64,000 nt of DNA from Octopus bimaculoides (lineage: Eukaryota), in NCBI RefSeq assembly GCF_001194135.2, contig NC_069007.1, positions 1,831,851 to 1,895,850 on the forward strand, given 5' to 3'. Numbering within the stretch: position 1 is the first letter of the stretch; each line of letters opens with the position of its first letter. Shown here one piece after another: positions 37,631-50,831 of this stretch. The notes under the pieces are model-generated. The model had not been told where the DNA came from. It made no database searches and saw only the letters and a program-made list of their open reading frames with translations. Both the position numbers and the translations under genes were made by a program.

Positions 37631-38304
37631 GACTGTGGCAGGGGAGGGTTCAGTTGCTATTTCTTACAAAGCGATCGACAATTTAGAGTCTCCGTCGACA
37701 ACGTGTACTTCGCCTTCAATCATACCATTTATTTGTCGATTGTTTAACTCATTGATTCACTGATGCAGTAATTGATTGATGTATTTACCTCAAATTCATT
37801 CCTAGCCAAAACGCGTTATGTCTTTAAACCTTGTGATTTGTGTTGCTGAGATTCGATACAACATACCTAGGATTACATCAATGCATATGCTGTTTTGAAA
37901 GACGATAGGAAGAAACTTAACGGAATGTTGACATTTATTTCTAAAAGTTCAATAAACCAATCATACGCTAAATAATTGTCTAGTAATAATACTCAGCAGT
38001 TCTTTCCATTCGGCAGCCGTTATTACATTTATAAGTTCTCCGACGTGTTATTTTTTGCTGCTATATTATATTCTCTTTTTGCTGAATTTCGTCGTAACCT
38101 CCTAACAACAAGAATGATCTGATATCTATAGCTCAGAAAACCGTAATTATAAATATATATATTTCTAATAAAATGACTAATACAAACAAAGGGATGCGCT
38201 AAAGCAGGGATGGAAAGTCCTGTAATGGATGTATAGCTGTGTGGAACTCGTTTTGCAGCCCACGTTGCCGGGTTTGTAGATGAGAAACTGTATGGATTCA
38301 TACT

Positions 38305-38358
<54 letters not shown>

Positions 38359-40929
38359 ATTATTATTACTAAATCTATCTAAAGGAGACTACGGCAGCAG
38401 TACTGGGTATTAATAGTTATCGCCAAGCTAACATCGTAGTCCAGAAAAGTAGGACGAATGCTGCCGTTGATTAGCTTCAAGAGGTCATCGTATATATACA
38501 TATATATATATACATGTATATACATGTATATGTATATATATGTATGCATGTATATATATGTTTGTATGTGCGTTTGTGTGCCAGTATATGTGTTTGTGCC
38601 TTGGCGTTTTGTTTTCCAAACTCACCAACTTTGACAGCCGGTGTTAGATCCATTACGTTCGTGCAAATAATAAATCGGCAAAAAAAAGACCGATTACTTA
38701 AGTAGCAGACTCAAAAATGTATGTTGTTGTTGACTTGTTCGACTAAAAACTTCAAGTCGGTGTCTTGAAAGATAAAAGAAAAATTAAAGAAAATTATCTC
38801 TGGGACAGAAGTCCTCTAATATTTCAATATTATTTGTAGTGAATCTCTCGGACAAAAATATCAAGAAGACATAGAATATAGGGAAATTTAAATATAGTCT
38901 GTTGTAAGTAAGAGTACGAAAAGATAAATATCTTGCTTTTAGGATTGTTTCTTACAATAATCCGTTTGCGTTTGCTTGGTTTGATGTATATCTTGTCTTA
39001 CTTTTGTTATTATGTAGTAGTTATCTAGATGTATGAAATGTTTTCATCACCATCAGCATATATGTATAACGTAGCTTTATCAGATTTAGAATTTGTGTCG
39101 TTTGCTCAATGCTATGATGTTTTTTTAGTAAAACTGGGTTGTGTAAAACTGGGTTCAGAATATATTGCTTAAGTCGTTCCCTACAGTAAGTCGGTAGGTT
39201 GTGATATGAGAGAGATATGTTTAGCGAGCAATTAAGCTCTTTTCTTCGTAAATATATGGCCTCGGGATGTGTCGTGAGAAAATCTCTCGCAACCCCCAGG
39301 ATAACCAATGTTTTGCGAATAACATCGATATTTCGAAACACTTAGGAACATATCACACACAAACACACTCATAAATATATACATGCACACGCACACATTC
39401 ACACACATTTTCACTCATTTGTTATTTTGACACGCGCCAAATTTAAGGCCGCTCAGCAAAATATTTTTATATGAATATATATANNNNNNNNNNNNNNNNN
39501 NNNNNNNNNNNNNNNNNNNNNNNNNNNNNNNNNNNNNNNNNNNNNNNNNNNNNNNNNNNNNNNNNNNNNNNNNNNNNNNNNNNNNNNNNNNNNNNNNNNN
39601 NNNNNNNNNNNNNNNNNNNNNNNNNNNNNNNNNNNNNNNNNNNNNNNNNNNNNNNNNNNNNNNNNNNNNNNNNNNNNNNNNNNNNNNNNNNNNNNNNNNN
39701 NNNNNNNNNNNNNNNNNNNNNNNNNNNNNNNNGGGGGGGGGGAGGGGCAAAGGCTTGGATGAATTTTAAAATTGATGCTGACACATTTAGATATCAGTTC
39801 CAAATTTGATCTCATGCTACTGCATTATGGCAGAACCCTAGCATAGCATAGCCCAGTGACTAACGCGAGAAGAAAAACAATTGAAAGAGTAAAATACGAT
39901 TGAGCAACAGCGTACCAGTTGTCGTAGCTGTTTGCAGAGAGTCAGGCAACAACGGGTGTTATTTCGTTTGAAAGATTAGGATGAAGATTTTGCTGAATAA
40001 AAGTGTCAAATGGCAAATTTGTTCATTAGATATTTTAATGATGTTTTAAATAATCTCTTTAGATCTGAATGTTTCAAGTTAGTTAATATTTGTGATGTCG
40101 TTAAACATTCTTTCTGAAGAAGATGAAAGTAAAAAAAAAAAAAGAAAAAATATATATGCTCATTTACATTTATTTTATTTTGCTATTGTATTTTATTTTC
40201 TCTTTACTGACACGTTTTTCTAGATTTCTTCACACCCTTTGACGAAACTTGTAGAGGAAACGTGCCTAGATTTGGCAAATAAAACTTAATTTTCTGAAAG
40301 CCGCACATTATTAGAATGTTAATGTCGAAGGCACCCTGACAACTGGAAGTTTAATTGAGCTATATTGGAATTTGTGTGGACAGTTGAAGAGTTACCGAAG
40401 AGAAGGTAATATCGTGTATAATCAAATTAAGTGGTCCCTTCAAAACGAACAGAAAATGGTCATTCCAAACGTGAAGCGTCAAACCACAATTCATTTAACG
40501 CCATGTTAAGTGTTCAATTTAAATTAGGTTGATGGACGTCGATCAAATAAATGCAGATAGGAAAAGGGAGTTGTGCGAAAGCTGGTTGCAAGGAAACATT
40601 TTATGCGAATTATGGGATCCAAATAATTGATAGAGTTCGATACGGATATCGGATTAATCTTATTTACGTGTCGTAAATATAACATTACACATTGCAAAAC
40701 ACAAAACAAAAGCGAATGAATGAAATAACATGATTCTGCAAAGGAAACTATATTTTGTCTGTTCTCTTATAAAGAAACAACAGAAACAACAAAAATACTA
40801 TAAAATACTTTTCCGATCAAATTCTAGAGGCTCATACGGAGTCGTTCAATATATCTGCTTAACAATTCACATTATTTAATCTCTCTCTTACGAATGAATT
40901 TATTCCTTCTGTAATTAAGGATTATACCT

Positions 40930-41100
40930 AGTAGCTGCAACCCGATTTCGAACAATGCCATCGCTTCTTTCTTGCCTTAAAGTAGCAATGTTGTGTCTCT
41001 TCAGTCCGGCTACGGATCTCCACACTTTTGCACATTTAAGCATATGCTGGTGGTGAGCATCTACTGCGTCGGGTGTTCTGAGAGTTACCACACACACAAC
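40930..41100 (-). mobile_element. Decayed single C2H2 finger, probably the C-terminus of an RTE-type LINE ORF
   Basis: Minus strand HQHMLKCAKVWRSVAGLKRH resembles CxxCxKxCRSxAGLKRH; no TGEKP linker and no tandem fingers. Confidence 0.4.
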
Positions 41101-41897
41101 TGTACAAACACACACCGACAATTTTCTTTATTCCATCATAGAATGCTTCATTGTGTGATGTACCTATTTTAGCTACATTCAGCCATAGCATACAACACAT
41201 ACAATTGTGGCCAAATGATTGGGACATTTTTTTTTAAAATTAAAATTGGTTTCCCCAATATACTCTCCGACCAAATAGAACCAAGGGCATTTAATATGAA
41301 AATTCTAATTTTCAGGCCGATGTACCACACGTTTGACAAAGTAATAATATTTTGCAAATTGAATATAATTTTAGGAATTTAATATAAAAATTCTAATTTT
41401 CAACCTATTCGCCAAAATGTTTAGCCACGACTGTGATAGAAATATTAAATATAAAGTGATTCCATGTCTGAAGTTTTATAAGTGAAGAAAGGATTAGCGC
41501 AGGGCGAACCCACTCTCTAAACAACGAATGCATTCGCCCCAAAACATGAACTAATCTATGGCATTGGAGGCAAACAAAGTCGTATTGAACTCTTCCCTGA
41601 CCGTTAATTTTATGCAGGTTTTCGATGAAAATAACTCGGGCTTGATAGTGTCTCCCGTTTGCATGCTACGTTCCGTTCATATAACAGGAATGCTGGAGCT
41701 AGGTATTACCAATAGCACTAAAAATGAGCTGAAATATACATATGTAGAAACGTTTAGCTCAAATTCAAATCTCCAGTTTGATCATCGCGGGTAAAAAATA
41801 AACTAGAAATCATTTCATGTATAGTTTCTCAAGAATTAGTAATATAACATAACGGAAGAAAGCCACTATTGCATTACCATTTAGATGTAATGATATC

Positions 41898-41933
<36 letters not shown>

Positions 41934-41983
41934 TTTTTAATGAGGGTAGAAATTGATATTAATCCGAAGATTAAAGTTATGTT

Positions 41984-42227
41984 ACATACAAAAATAAGAG
42001 GAATGACCAGCAAAAGTGGACTCCTATATGCTAGAAATAGATGCCGAATCATCTAACTACGACACAATTTAGCGACACAACAGATTTCATTTGTCTTGCC
42101 CTTTTACAGTCTGTTGTGTCGCTAATTTTTTTACTGAGAACATTTTTTTTCGTGGTTAGATGATTCGGCATCTATTTCTAGCATATAGGAGTCCACTTTT
42201 GTTGGTCATTCTTCTTATTTTTGTGTG

Positions 42228-42228
<1 letters not shown>
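41984..42228. repeat. Near-perfect ~245-bp foldback element flanked by TA-rich sequence
   Basis: Outer arms 41984-42062 / 42150-42228 differ at 4 of 79 positions; inner arms 42069-42086 / 42108-42125 pair over 18 bp; 21-nt loop. Confidence 0.95.
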
Positions 42229-42257
<29 letters not shown>

Positions 42258-42258
<1 letters not shown>

Positions 42259-42548
42259 TCAAATTAAGCAGAAAATGGAGAAATGTCTTTATCAACAAAC
42301 AAATTGACAGTATTTACATTTGACGGATAATTTTCCTCATCTTCTTTGTTGTTAACACAACGTTTCAGCTTAGGTACCCTCCAGGCTTCATCAGGTGTCT
42401 TGGTGAAATTTCGAACCTAGATTTTCATTCGTAAGGTAATTTTCGATGTTGTTGTTATTGTTATTATTATTCAGGTTACTACCTGGAATCGAACTCGGAA
42501 TCTTTGGTTAGTAGCCCACGCTCTTAACCACTACGCCATATACCCGCG
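42258..42548 (-). mobile_element. tRNA-headed SINE carrying a hammerhead ribozyme, between two (TA)n tracts
   Basis: A box tggcgtagtgg (42538-42528), B box gagttcgattcc (42496-42485), tRNA-like arm ctactaa, (AAT/AAC)n linker, HHR at 42399-42354, ~95-nt tail. Confidence 0.75.
42354..42399 (-). ncRNA. Minimal type I hammerhead ribozyme, intact core
   Basis: GACAC CUGAUGA AGC cuggaggguaccuaa GCU GAAA CG UU GUGUU: stem I GACAC/GUGUU (5 bp, one G.U), stem II AGC/GCU, palindromic stem III ACGU, cleavage triplet GUU. Confidence 0.8.
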
Positions 42549-42550
42549 AG

Positions 42551-42611
<61 letters not shown>

Positions 42612-43050
42612 AAATTTGAAATACATATCATTTCTAAAACCCCAGTTATACCTTGGAGTAAAATATTTTATGGCTGTGATAGCATCTCATGTATTTTAAT
42701 CTATAAACCAATGGGTTTATATGTAGTTTTATCTAGTTACATAATAAAATATACGTGTATTCTTATCTAATCTTAGAATACCGTGTTGTGCCTATTTGCA
42801 CTTGGAGAAAAAAATTCTAATGAAAATGGACGAAGTTACATTAAAGATTTATTAGTAAGTAAATATGAGCTTATATTTCCTCAATGCTAGCATAAATCTT
42901 TTATGAGGTATTTCTTGAAATGATAATTAGATATAGTTAGAATAATGATATATTTCAATGTAGTTATTTTAAAATCGAAACTGCTCGGTATAGAAATTAC
43001 AGAAGTACGTGCATGAATACTTTAAGAAATATTATCAATAATATTGATAT

Positions 43051-43248
43051 GATATTGGTTTCAAATTTTGGCACAAGGCCAGTCATCTCGGGGGATGGGT
43101 AAATCGATTTTATTGACACTATTGCTCAGTTACTACTTATTTTATCGATCCTGATAGAAGGAAAAGCAAAGACGATCTTGGTGGATTTTGAACGAAATGT
43201 TACTAAGTATTTTGTCCGACGTGGAAATGATATTGCCGAATTGACGCC
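43051..43248 (-). mobile_element. SINE family A (older tail subtype)
   Basis: gatattggtttcaaattttggcacaaggccag as at 18445. Confidence 0.8.
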
Positions 43249-43265
43249 CTAAAGATACATATTAT

Positions 43266-43476
43266 ATTCTTTTCTACTCTAGACAACGGGCCCGCAATTT
43301 TTGGGGAGGGGAACCAGTCGATTAGATCGACGCCAGTACGCAACTGGTAGTTAGTTTATAGACCCTGAAAGGATGAAAGTCAAAGTCGACCTCGGCGGAA
43401 TTTGAACACAGAGCGTTAAGATAGACGAAAAATTGCTGAGCATTTCGCCCGGCGTGCTAACGTTTCTGCCAGCTCG
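43266..43476 (-). mobile_element. SINE family A, near full length
   Basis: ttctactctag...ccagtcgattagatcgac..cagtacgcaactggta...gtcgacctcggcggaatttgaac...cgcccggcgtgctaacgtttctgccagctcg. Confidence 0.9.
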
Positions 43477-44190
43477 TATATCGATCTACTTGAGACATTG
43501 AGATCATGCTGAGATCTGCTCCAACAGCAAAGCGAATTGCAAATTCAACTTATCATTTTTCCCGTACTCAGAGGTGCTGCTGCAATTATCCTCTAATATA
43601 TATCATGTTTTGTCCCACAATACTGAAGGGACTGACCTCTGTGACTTTCCTCTACGTGTGACAGCAAAAATAGTGCCACCAATATATTCAGCTCTTCCCT
43701 TATAACTCAGAATAACAAACGGCACAGCATCTCCAGTAATTCTTTACCATCCTTGTTCAGTAGAATCGCAAATTCCAAATATTACACGGTGGGCCCCGTG
43801 CTTCTTCTGAACACCCATACGATTCGAAAGCACAAACTATATGGGATCTAAAATTTAGTACATTTCTCAATTTTATGCGATATTTCTTTGGTTTCAAAAT
43901 ATCAGAATTTCAGGTGTATCTTATTTAACGGTTCATAGAAGAGAAAGTGTAATAACATTTTCTTTGGAATCAACACTAAAAATGTGCAATGTAGTTATAG
44001 ACAGTGACAAATATTCCTAGTAAGCAATTTTATATTTTTTGCGAGAATCTATTACTTTCTATAATTGAGATGATATGTGACGCGACAGGGCTATTAATAC
44101 GGATTTCCTACAGACATTATAGCGTGTTCAACGGAGCTCAGATATATTTAATTTCTGTGATTTTCAGAACCACTGAAAACTGCGCAAGTT

Positions 44191-44233
<43 letters not shown>

Positions 44234-47200
44234 NNNNNNNNNNNNNNNNNNNNNNNNNNNNNNNNNNNNNNNNNNNNNNNNNNNNNNNNNNNNNNNNNNN
44301 NNNNNNNNNNNNNNNNNNNNNNNNNNNNNNNNNNNNNNNNNNNNNNNNNNNNNNNNNNNNNNNNNNNNNNNNNNNNNNNNNNNNNNNNNNNNNNNNNNNN
44401 NNNNNNNNNNNNNNNNNNNNNNNNNNNNNNNNNNNNNNNNNNNNNNNNNNNNNNNNNNNNNNNNNNNNNNNNNNNNNNNNNNNNNNNNNNNNNNNNNNNN
44501 NNNNNNNNNNNNNNNNNNNNNNNNNNNNNNNNNNNNNNNNNNNNNNNNNNNNNNNNNNNNNNNNNNNNNNNNNNNNNNNNNNNNNNNNNNNNNNNNNNNN
44601 NNNNNNNNNNNNNNNNNNNNNNNNNNNNNNNNNNNNNNNNNNNNNNNNNNNNNNNNNNNNNNNNNNNNNNNNNNNNNNNNNNNNNNNNNNNNNNNNNNNN
44701 NNNNNNNNNNNNNTATGTGTGTGTGTGTGTGTGTATGTATATATATGTGTGTGTGTATGTATATATATATATGTGTGTGTGTGTGTATGTATATATATAT
44801 GTGTGTGTGTGTGTGTGTATGTATATATATATGTGCGTACATGTGTGTGTATGTATATATAGTTATGTATGTATACATATACATAAGCACATACATATAT
44901 ACAAATACATTGCCATTCAACGCATTTACCTTGCAGTGCATATTTTTGCATACGTGTGTAAGCATATCCGTGTTTGCACGCTAGCGCAATGTGGGCGTGA
45001 GAGAGACAAATAGATAGATAGATAGATAGATAGACAGGTAGACAGGTAGTTAGATAGAGAGAGAGAGAGAGAGATAAAGAGAGAGAGAAACGCAGAAACA
45101 GATCAATAGATTTAGTGATAGGCCGTCTAACGAAATAGATTGATAGATCGATTTGTTAGAAACCAGGTGATCTCCGTGGTTCGGAAATAATTCTTTGCCA
45201 CGCAGCCACGCCTATAACAACATTCGATATTTACATATTTATTACGGATATGTATGTGGATATTTGTCTGAGAATTGCAGCTCCTGCAGGTTATAGTTGC
45301 TAAAGGAGTAAAAGATGGAACGGAAGAGTGTGTGTGAAAGAGAGACAGACAGTAAGACAATGAGATGACTGAGGGAGTGTATATTCTCCTTTACAAGAGA
45401 GAACCGCTTCAGAGTTTTCTCCTAATCTTGTGAGGTCTTTTACCTATATATACATTTACATGTGAATATCTATGTACCTGTGCATGTATGTACGTATGTA
45501 TGCTTTTACGTATATCTGTATTCATAAAACATCGAACAGTATTTACATTAATGCCAAAGATATTTTCTTAAAGACTGGTTAGAACAAAGGACAATCCAGC
45601 AAATACTGTAAGTCAAATTTCATTTGTTTTCTTTGCACAAAAGATGATCCTTGGAGCAAAATCTTCAATCGTAAAACTGTAAAATGCCAGGAGCATTTTT
45701 GAAGGAGAATTTCTATTGTTCAACATTTCAATATTTAGCGTGCATAACGTTTAGGGAAAGACAAAATTTTGTTTTTTATTTCTTAAAGCACAAAATTTCT
45801 GATTAGAAGAGTGAAAATATCATTCTCTAATATTCAAACCTTAGAGATATTTGATCCGGAGTGACGATCCTAAAAGACGCAGAAAAGCCAAGCGGCATGG
45901 TTCAAATTTTCGATGGGTGAATTCTATTCCTGTTAAACAACTACAATATCTACAAGAAGTGACACTTCAAAGCGCTTCATTGTCAGGTAGAAATGATAGC
46001 TACGCCTTTCTCAAATAGCAAACCGCTGTATTCGAAAAGAATAAGATACAATCGACGATGTAGTGAATTGATGCTCACTATTTCTCTATTGCCCATATCT
46101 CTGATCAGTCATTGTAATCTGAAGTTCAATTACTACAACATACCCCGAAGCAGCAACTATAACACCGTATTAAATATATAGAGATTTTACGCTTAAAATG
46201 ACGCGGAACTGTTGAACCAAAAAGCAAAGTTTCATGCACTGAAGGTTCAACGCGTTTCACGTCGCTTTTTAATTTTCTTTTTTTAAAGCGTCGCCTACGT
46301 TTGAGCAAACTGATCTAGGTATTCAGTCCAAGGGACTTGTTATTAGTAAATTTAACATTGATTCAACATGCAAATCACAATACACAGGTATTATTGATAT
46401 TACTGTCNNNNNNNNNNNNNNNNNNNNNNNNNNNNNNNNNNNNNNNNNNNNNNNNNNNNNNNNNNNNNNNNNNNNNNNNNNNNNNNNNNNNNNNNNNNNN
46501 NNNNNNNNNNNNNNNNNNNNNNNNNNNNNNNNNNNNNNNNNNNNNNNNNNNNNNNNNNNNNNNNNNNNNNNNNNNNNNNNNNNNNNNNNNNNNNNNNNNN
46601 NNNNNNNNNNNNNNNNTCATACATATATATATATATGCAATATTTTTCCAAGATGTGGAGTGTTTCTTTTCTTTCCATGTTTCTTTTTTTTTTTTTTCAT
46701 TTTCTTTCAATTTCAATCATTCGATCTTTACCAATTACTATTCTTATTATCGAAACTGCTCCAACTTATAACCCTTTTCTCTGTTGATGTTAATGGTTGC
46801 ATTTTTGATATAGGTCGTGTTTAGTTTTGCTATTGTCGTTGTTGTTGTCATTACTGTTGTTGCTGTTAGTATTCATGCTGTTCTTGTTGTTCTCGTTGAT
46901 GGTTTATTCAAAAGTATTAGAAGGACAGAAGCTATTCGGCACCAAAGGTATTATAAGAAGCAGAATGAGATTATTGATCCTAAAAGTAAAAAGAACAGCA
47001 TGGCTGCTTTTACCATTGTCTTGATGGATTAATGTCATGTCTGAAAGAGATTGGAAATTCCAGCAATGTCGATGCTCTGTGTAGACTCAAGGGAAATTTT
47101 ACGATTCGCCTAACTTACTGGAATCTTATGTTTCTCGGTTTTCTTACAAGTTTTTTTTTTTAATATTTTGTTGATCGTTTTTGTATTCTTTGTTGCGTAT

Positions 47201-47477
47201 TTGCTTGTCGAATGATGGCGGATTTGTTAGAGAATTCTAGAGAACAAGGTTATGTATATTCTGGTACTCTATCTTTTATCCTACACTAATTTTATTTCAA
47301 ATCCCCAACGATTTAATCATGAGTACGCATGGACTGTTCATGAAAGACTTGGGACAACCAGTTAAAGATATTAACAGTTCGCCCGATGGCACCTACACCC
47401 CACCAATATGCTCTGCCATTGGCGTGTGTTCTTCATTCCCATAATATCCTGTTCTAGCGCTCAGGATTTTCTTTGGA

Positions 47478-47655
47478 ATATTGGTTTCAGATTTTGGTAC
47501 AATGCCAGTAACTCTGTGGAATGATGCACGGTGATGATAACGACACCAGTGAACAACTGGTACCTATGTGTCAACTCCTAAAAAGATGAAAGGCAAGGTC
47601 ACCCTCGACGGAATTTGAACTCGGAACATAAGGACAGGCGAAATGAAGCTAAGCA
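47478..47655 (-). mobile_element. SINE family A (older tail subtype), 5'-truncated
   Basis: attggtttcagattttggtacaatgccag...gatgaaaggcaaggtc...ggaatttgaactc. Confidence 0.75.
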
Positions 47656-47682
47656 GTTTCATTTCTACTGTTTCATAAGAAT

Positions 47683-47855
47683 ATTCCTTTCTACTCTAGG
47701 CATAAAGCCTGAAATTTTTCGGGGGGGGGGGGACCAGTCGATTAGATCGAATCCAGTACGCAACTGGTACTTAATTTATCGACTCCGAAAGGATGAAAGG
47801 CAAAGTCAACCTTGGTGGAATTTGAACTCAGAACATTAAGAAATGAAGCTAAGCA
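47683..47855 (-). mobile_element. SINE family A, 5'-truncated
   Basis: ttctactctaggca...ccagtcgattagatcgaatccagtacgcaactggtacttaatttatcgac...ggaatttgaactcagaac. Confidence 0.85.
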
Positions 47856-49993
47856 ATATTCTACTATTTGTTAAGAATATTAAAAAATTAAACCATATCC
47901 TTTGTTATAAATTTATCTCAGTTTAGCAAATCTGATCGAAAATACTTAGTAGTAAAGATGTTCCACCTATGACCATCACGGTAGACCATTACTTTTCTTT
48001 TATATCTAGGACTACATCATTCTACGCATACTTAGTGCAAGACTTGTTAATTTGAGAGAGATTTCACCTGAGGATTCTAGAGAGTAAATCGATTGCGCAG
48101 GCGCTCTCACGATACATCATAAAATATATCGCATTTCATCCCCGGGCTAAAACTTGAGTTAAGCAGAACAAATATCGAATATTAGTCAAACCATGACTGT
48201 CACGCATATTTTGGCAGAATTTTATCCGGTCTATGTTATCCAATTTGTAATTGTTAAGAAGGTAATATCTGTGTTGAAGAAGATACAGCTGTTTATTCTA
48301 AAGGAATGGATATCGCATTGCGTCTGTGTTGCTTTTATTGGTAATGAAGTGTTATATTCTTAACTTGATCAGATTCATATCCTCGTAGTTGCACATAAAT
48401 TGACGCCCGATGTCGGTTTGTGTCTAAGGTTTGTCTATTAATATTTTAACTCCACGACATAAGGCGACTTACGCACATATAACTTCGCCAGCATCGATTC
48501 GTCGCATTTGATAAGCAGCTTGCTAAAAGTTAGCTGCCAGATACTTTCCAAATTGCTCTTTAGATTCTTAGGAAACAAAGGGGAAGAAATAAATTCTAGC
48601 TAATGATGTCTAGGATAACTTCTTGGTAAGACCAAGAGACGTAATGGTCATGGCTAGAATGCTTTTTACTGTAAAAACTACTCAGTGTTAAATCATTGAC
48701 CAAACACCGATGTCAATAACAACAAAAACAGCAACAGCAACAGCAACACTGACACACTATATATACAAAGAAATCTACATATCCGTCTACGAGTGCTTGT
48801 GAATCGGAGATCGTGTCCGGCGAGTCTAATGCGAGTGAAAGTGATTCAGACAACAATTATAATAATACTATTTTTTATTATAAATGATGTTGATGTTCTT
48901 TTTACTTAAAATATTTTTCACATTCTCGTGGGGTTTTTTGCCCTTTATTTACGAGTATTATAAATTTTTAAGAGGAAAATATTTTTCTGGGAACGAAGTA
49001 CGATTTATAACATAGCTATTGTGCTGGGAATTTATTGCTCTGCTTTCCCCTTTTTTGCTTTACGAGAGGTTTCCGGGAGCAAATTAACTCGCGTATTGAG
49101 ACATTACTGTGTAAGGATGTATGTATGCATGTAATCAATGGACTTCCACTTAGTGTGTGATGTGAATAATCACACACAATCCATTGATAGGTCCAGGGCC
49201 GCGGAGTGCAACTGAATTCGAAACCACGTGACTACACATTACTCATCTTACCCACGGAGTCAGGGTCATTATAAAGTTACTGTGAGTAACTTCGAACAGA
49301 AGAGTATCGATATATGAAGGAGGAAATGGATCGATCGACACTCTAAGAAGAGAACAAATCTATTGTATCAGGTGTTTATACTTGCTCCAACATCCGTAAG
49401 GAAATACGGTTGACATATAATCTAGCAAGGAAGGGTCTTATACGGTTTATGGAAAGATATTATCGCTAAAAAGCACTACGCAAACAAGAAAATGTGAGAC
49501 ACTATGGTTGTTTCATTTAGATAGTTATAGCATTTCATTTTACAGGGAGATAATATGGTTTAATACGATTTACACTTATGAGGAAATGCTGTATCGAATA
49601 CGGCAAGATGTCATCTTCATGCTAATACTAAAACCGTGGACAGCAACACGCACTAAGCGTTTGAATTGCATTTCCTTTTGGTTTCCATTTCACATCATTG
49701 ACTCGACTAATGGAAATGGAAACCATCCAAAAGGGGAAAAGAGACAAAACCCGATTCTTTTCTCTCCAACAGTTAATGGACCTGGTCATGCTTTCCGTGG
49801 ATATTACAGAGTAGAAGAGAAAATTTTCAAAACTTTTCAATATTTATTATGTTTCGTGTGCTATTGTCGTGGACCAAGCAAATATCGAATAACAATGCAA
49901 AGAGAGGATCAATCATATATACATACCTATATACAAACATACATACATACATACATACATATGTGTGTGTGAGTATTTGTATATGAATATGTA

Positions 49994-49996
<3 letters not shown>

Positions 49997-50083
<87 letters not shown>
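49997..50083. repeat. (TA)n microsatellite
   Basis: Pure TA run. Confidence 0.95.
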
Positions 50084-50091
<8 letters not shown>

Positions 50092-50131
50092 TGTACATGC
50101 ATACACACATACGTATATATGTCTTTATATG

Positions 50132-50165
<34 letters not shown>

Positions 50166-50634
50166 TACACAAATGGATTTTGAATGACTGTAAACAACGA
50201 AATATAATTTTTATAGGTACATCTTCTATAAGATAGCTGAAAGATCGCATGTTCATCGTAGCTGTGTTACATTGAAATAGATGCCATGCATTTATATGCA
50301 AGCATGCACTACACATTCATCGTAAGTTCGTTTAGAAACACTAACATAGAGAATGTCTCAATTTCTGCCGATTGTGTTTTATCAAAACTTTATGTTGTGC
50401 AAGCTGTGTATATTACCGACAATCGTATATCGTCAGAAAATATTTAACTTAAAAAACTTATACATGTTTCGACGAAAGATCGACCCAGGCCATATCTATT
50501 TTAACCCCATATCCTGATACTAACTTTTAAGTCATTTTAAGTCGACTTTTGTGGTATCATGGCTCGTTCAAGTAGGGAGTTGTTGAAGGAGATACATCCA
50601 GATATAGGTGGCTAATCTGGCATCTCTTGAAAAT

Positions 50635-50635
50635 G

Positions 50636-50685
<50 letters not shown>

Positions 50686-50831
50686 CATATATATACACAT
50701 ATATATACATATATATATATATATACATATATATACATATATATATACATATATATACATATATATATACATATATATACATATATATATACATATATAT
50801 ACATATATATATACATATATATACATATATA
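50635..50831. repeat. Compound (TA)n-CA microsatellite running into a gap
   Basis: Repeating cata(ta)n units. Confidence 0.9.

Noticed and set aside
41611-41701. Candidate exon VFDENNSGLIVSPVCMLRSVHITGMLEL
   Set aside because: Weak donor site, no known domain and no supporting exons.
42478-42548. tRNA gene (apparent Ser-ACU anticodon loop)
   Set aside because: The acceptor and anticodon stems are imperfect, ACU is not a normal eukaryotic anticodon, and it continues into a repeat body; interpreted as a SINE head.
50455-50490. GAAA-CAUG-UA with palindromic ACAUGU on the minus strand
   Set aside because: No CUGANGA core and no stem I.
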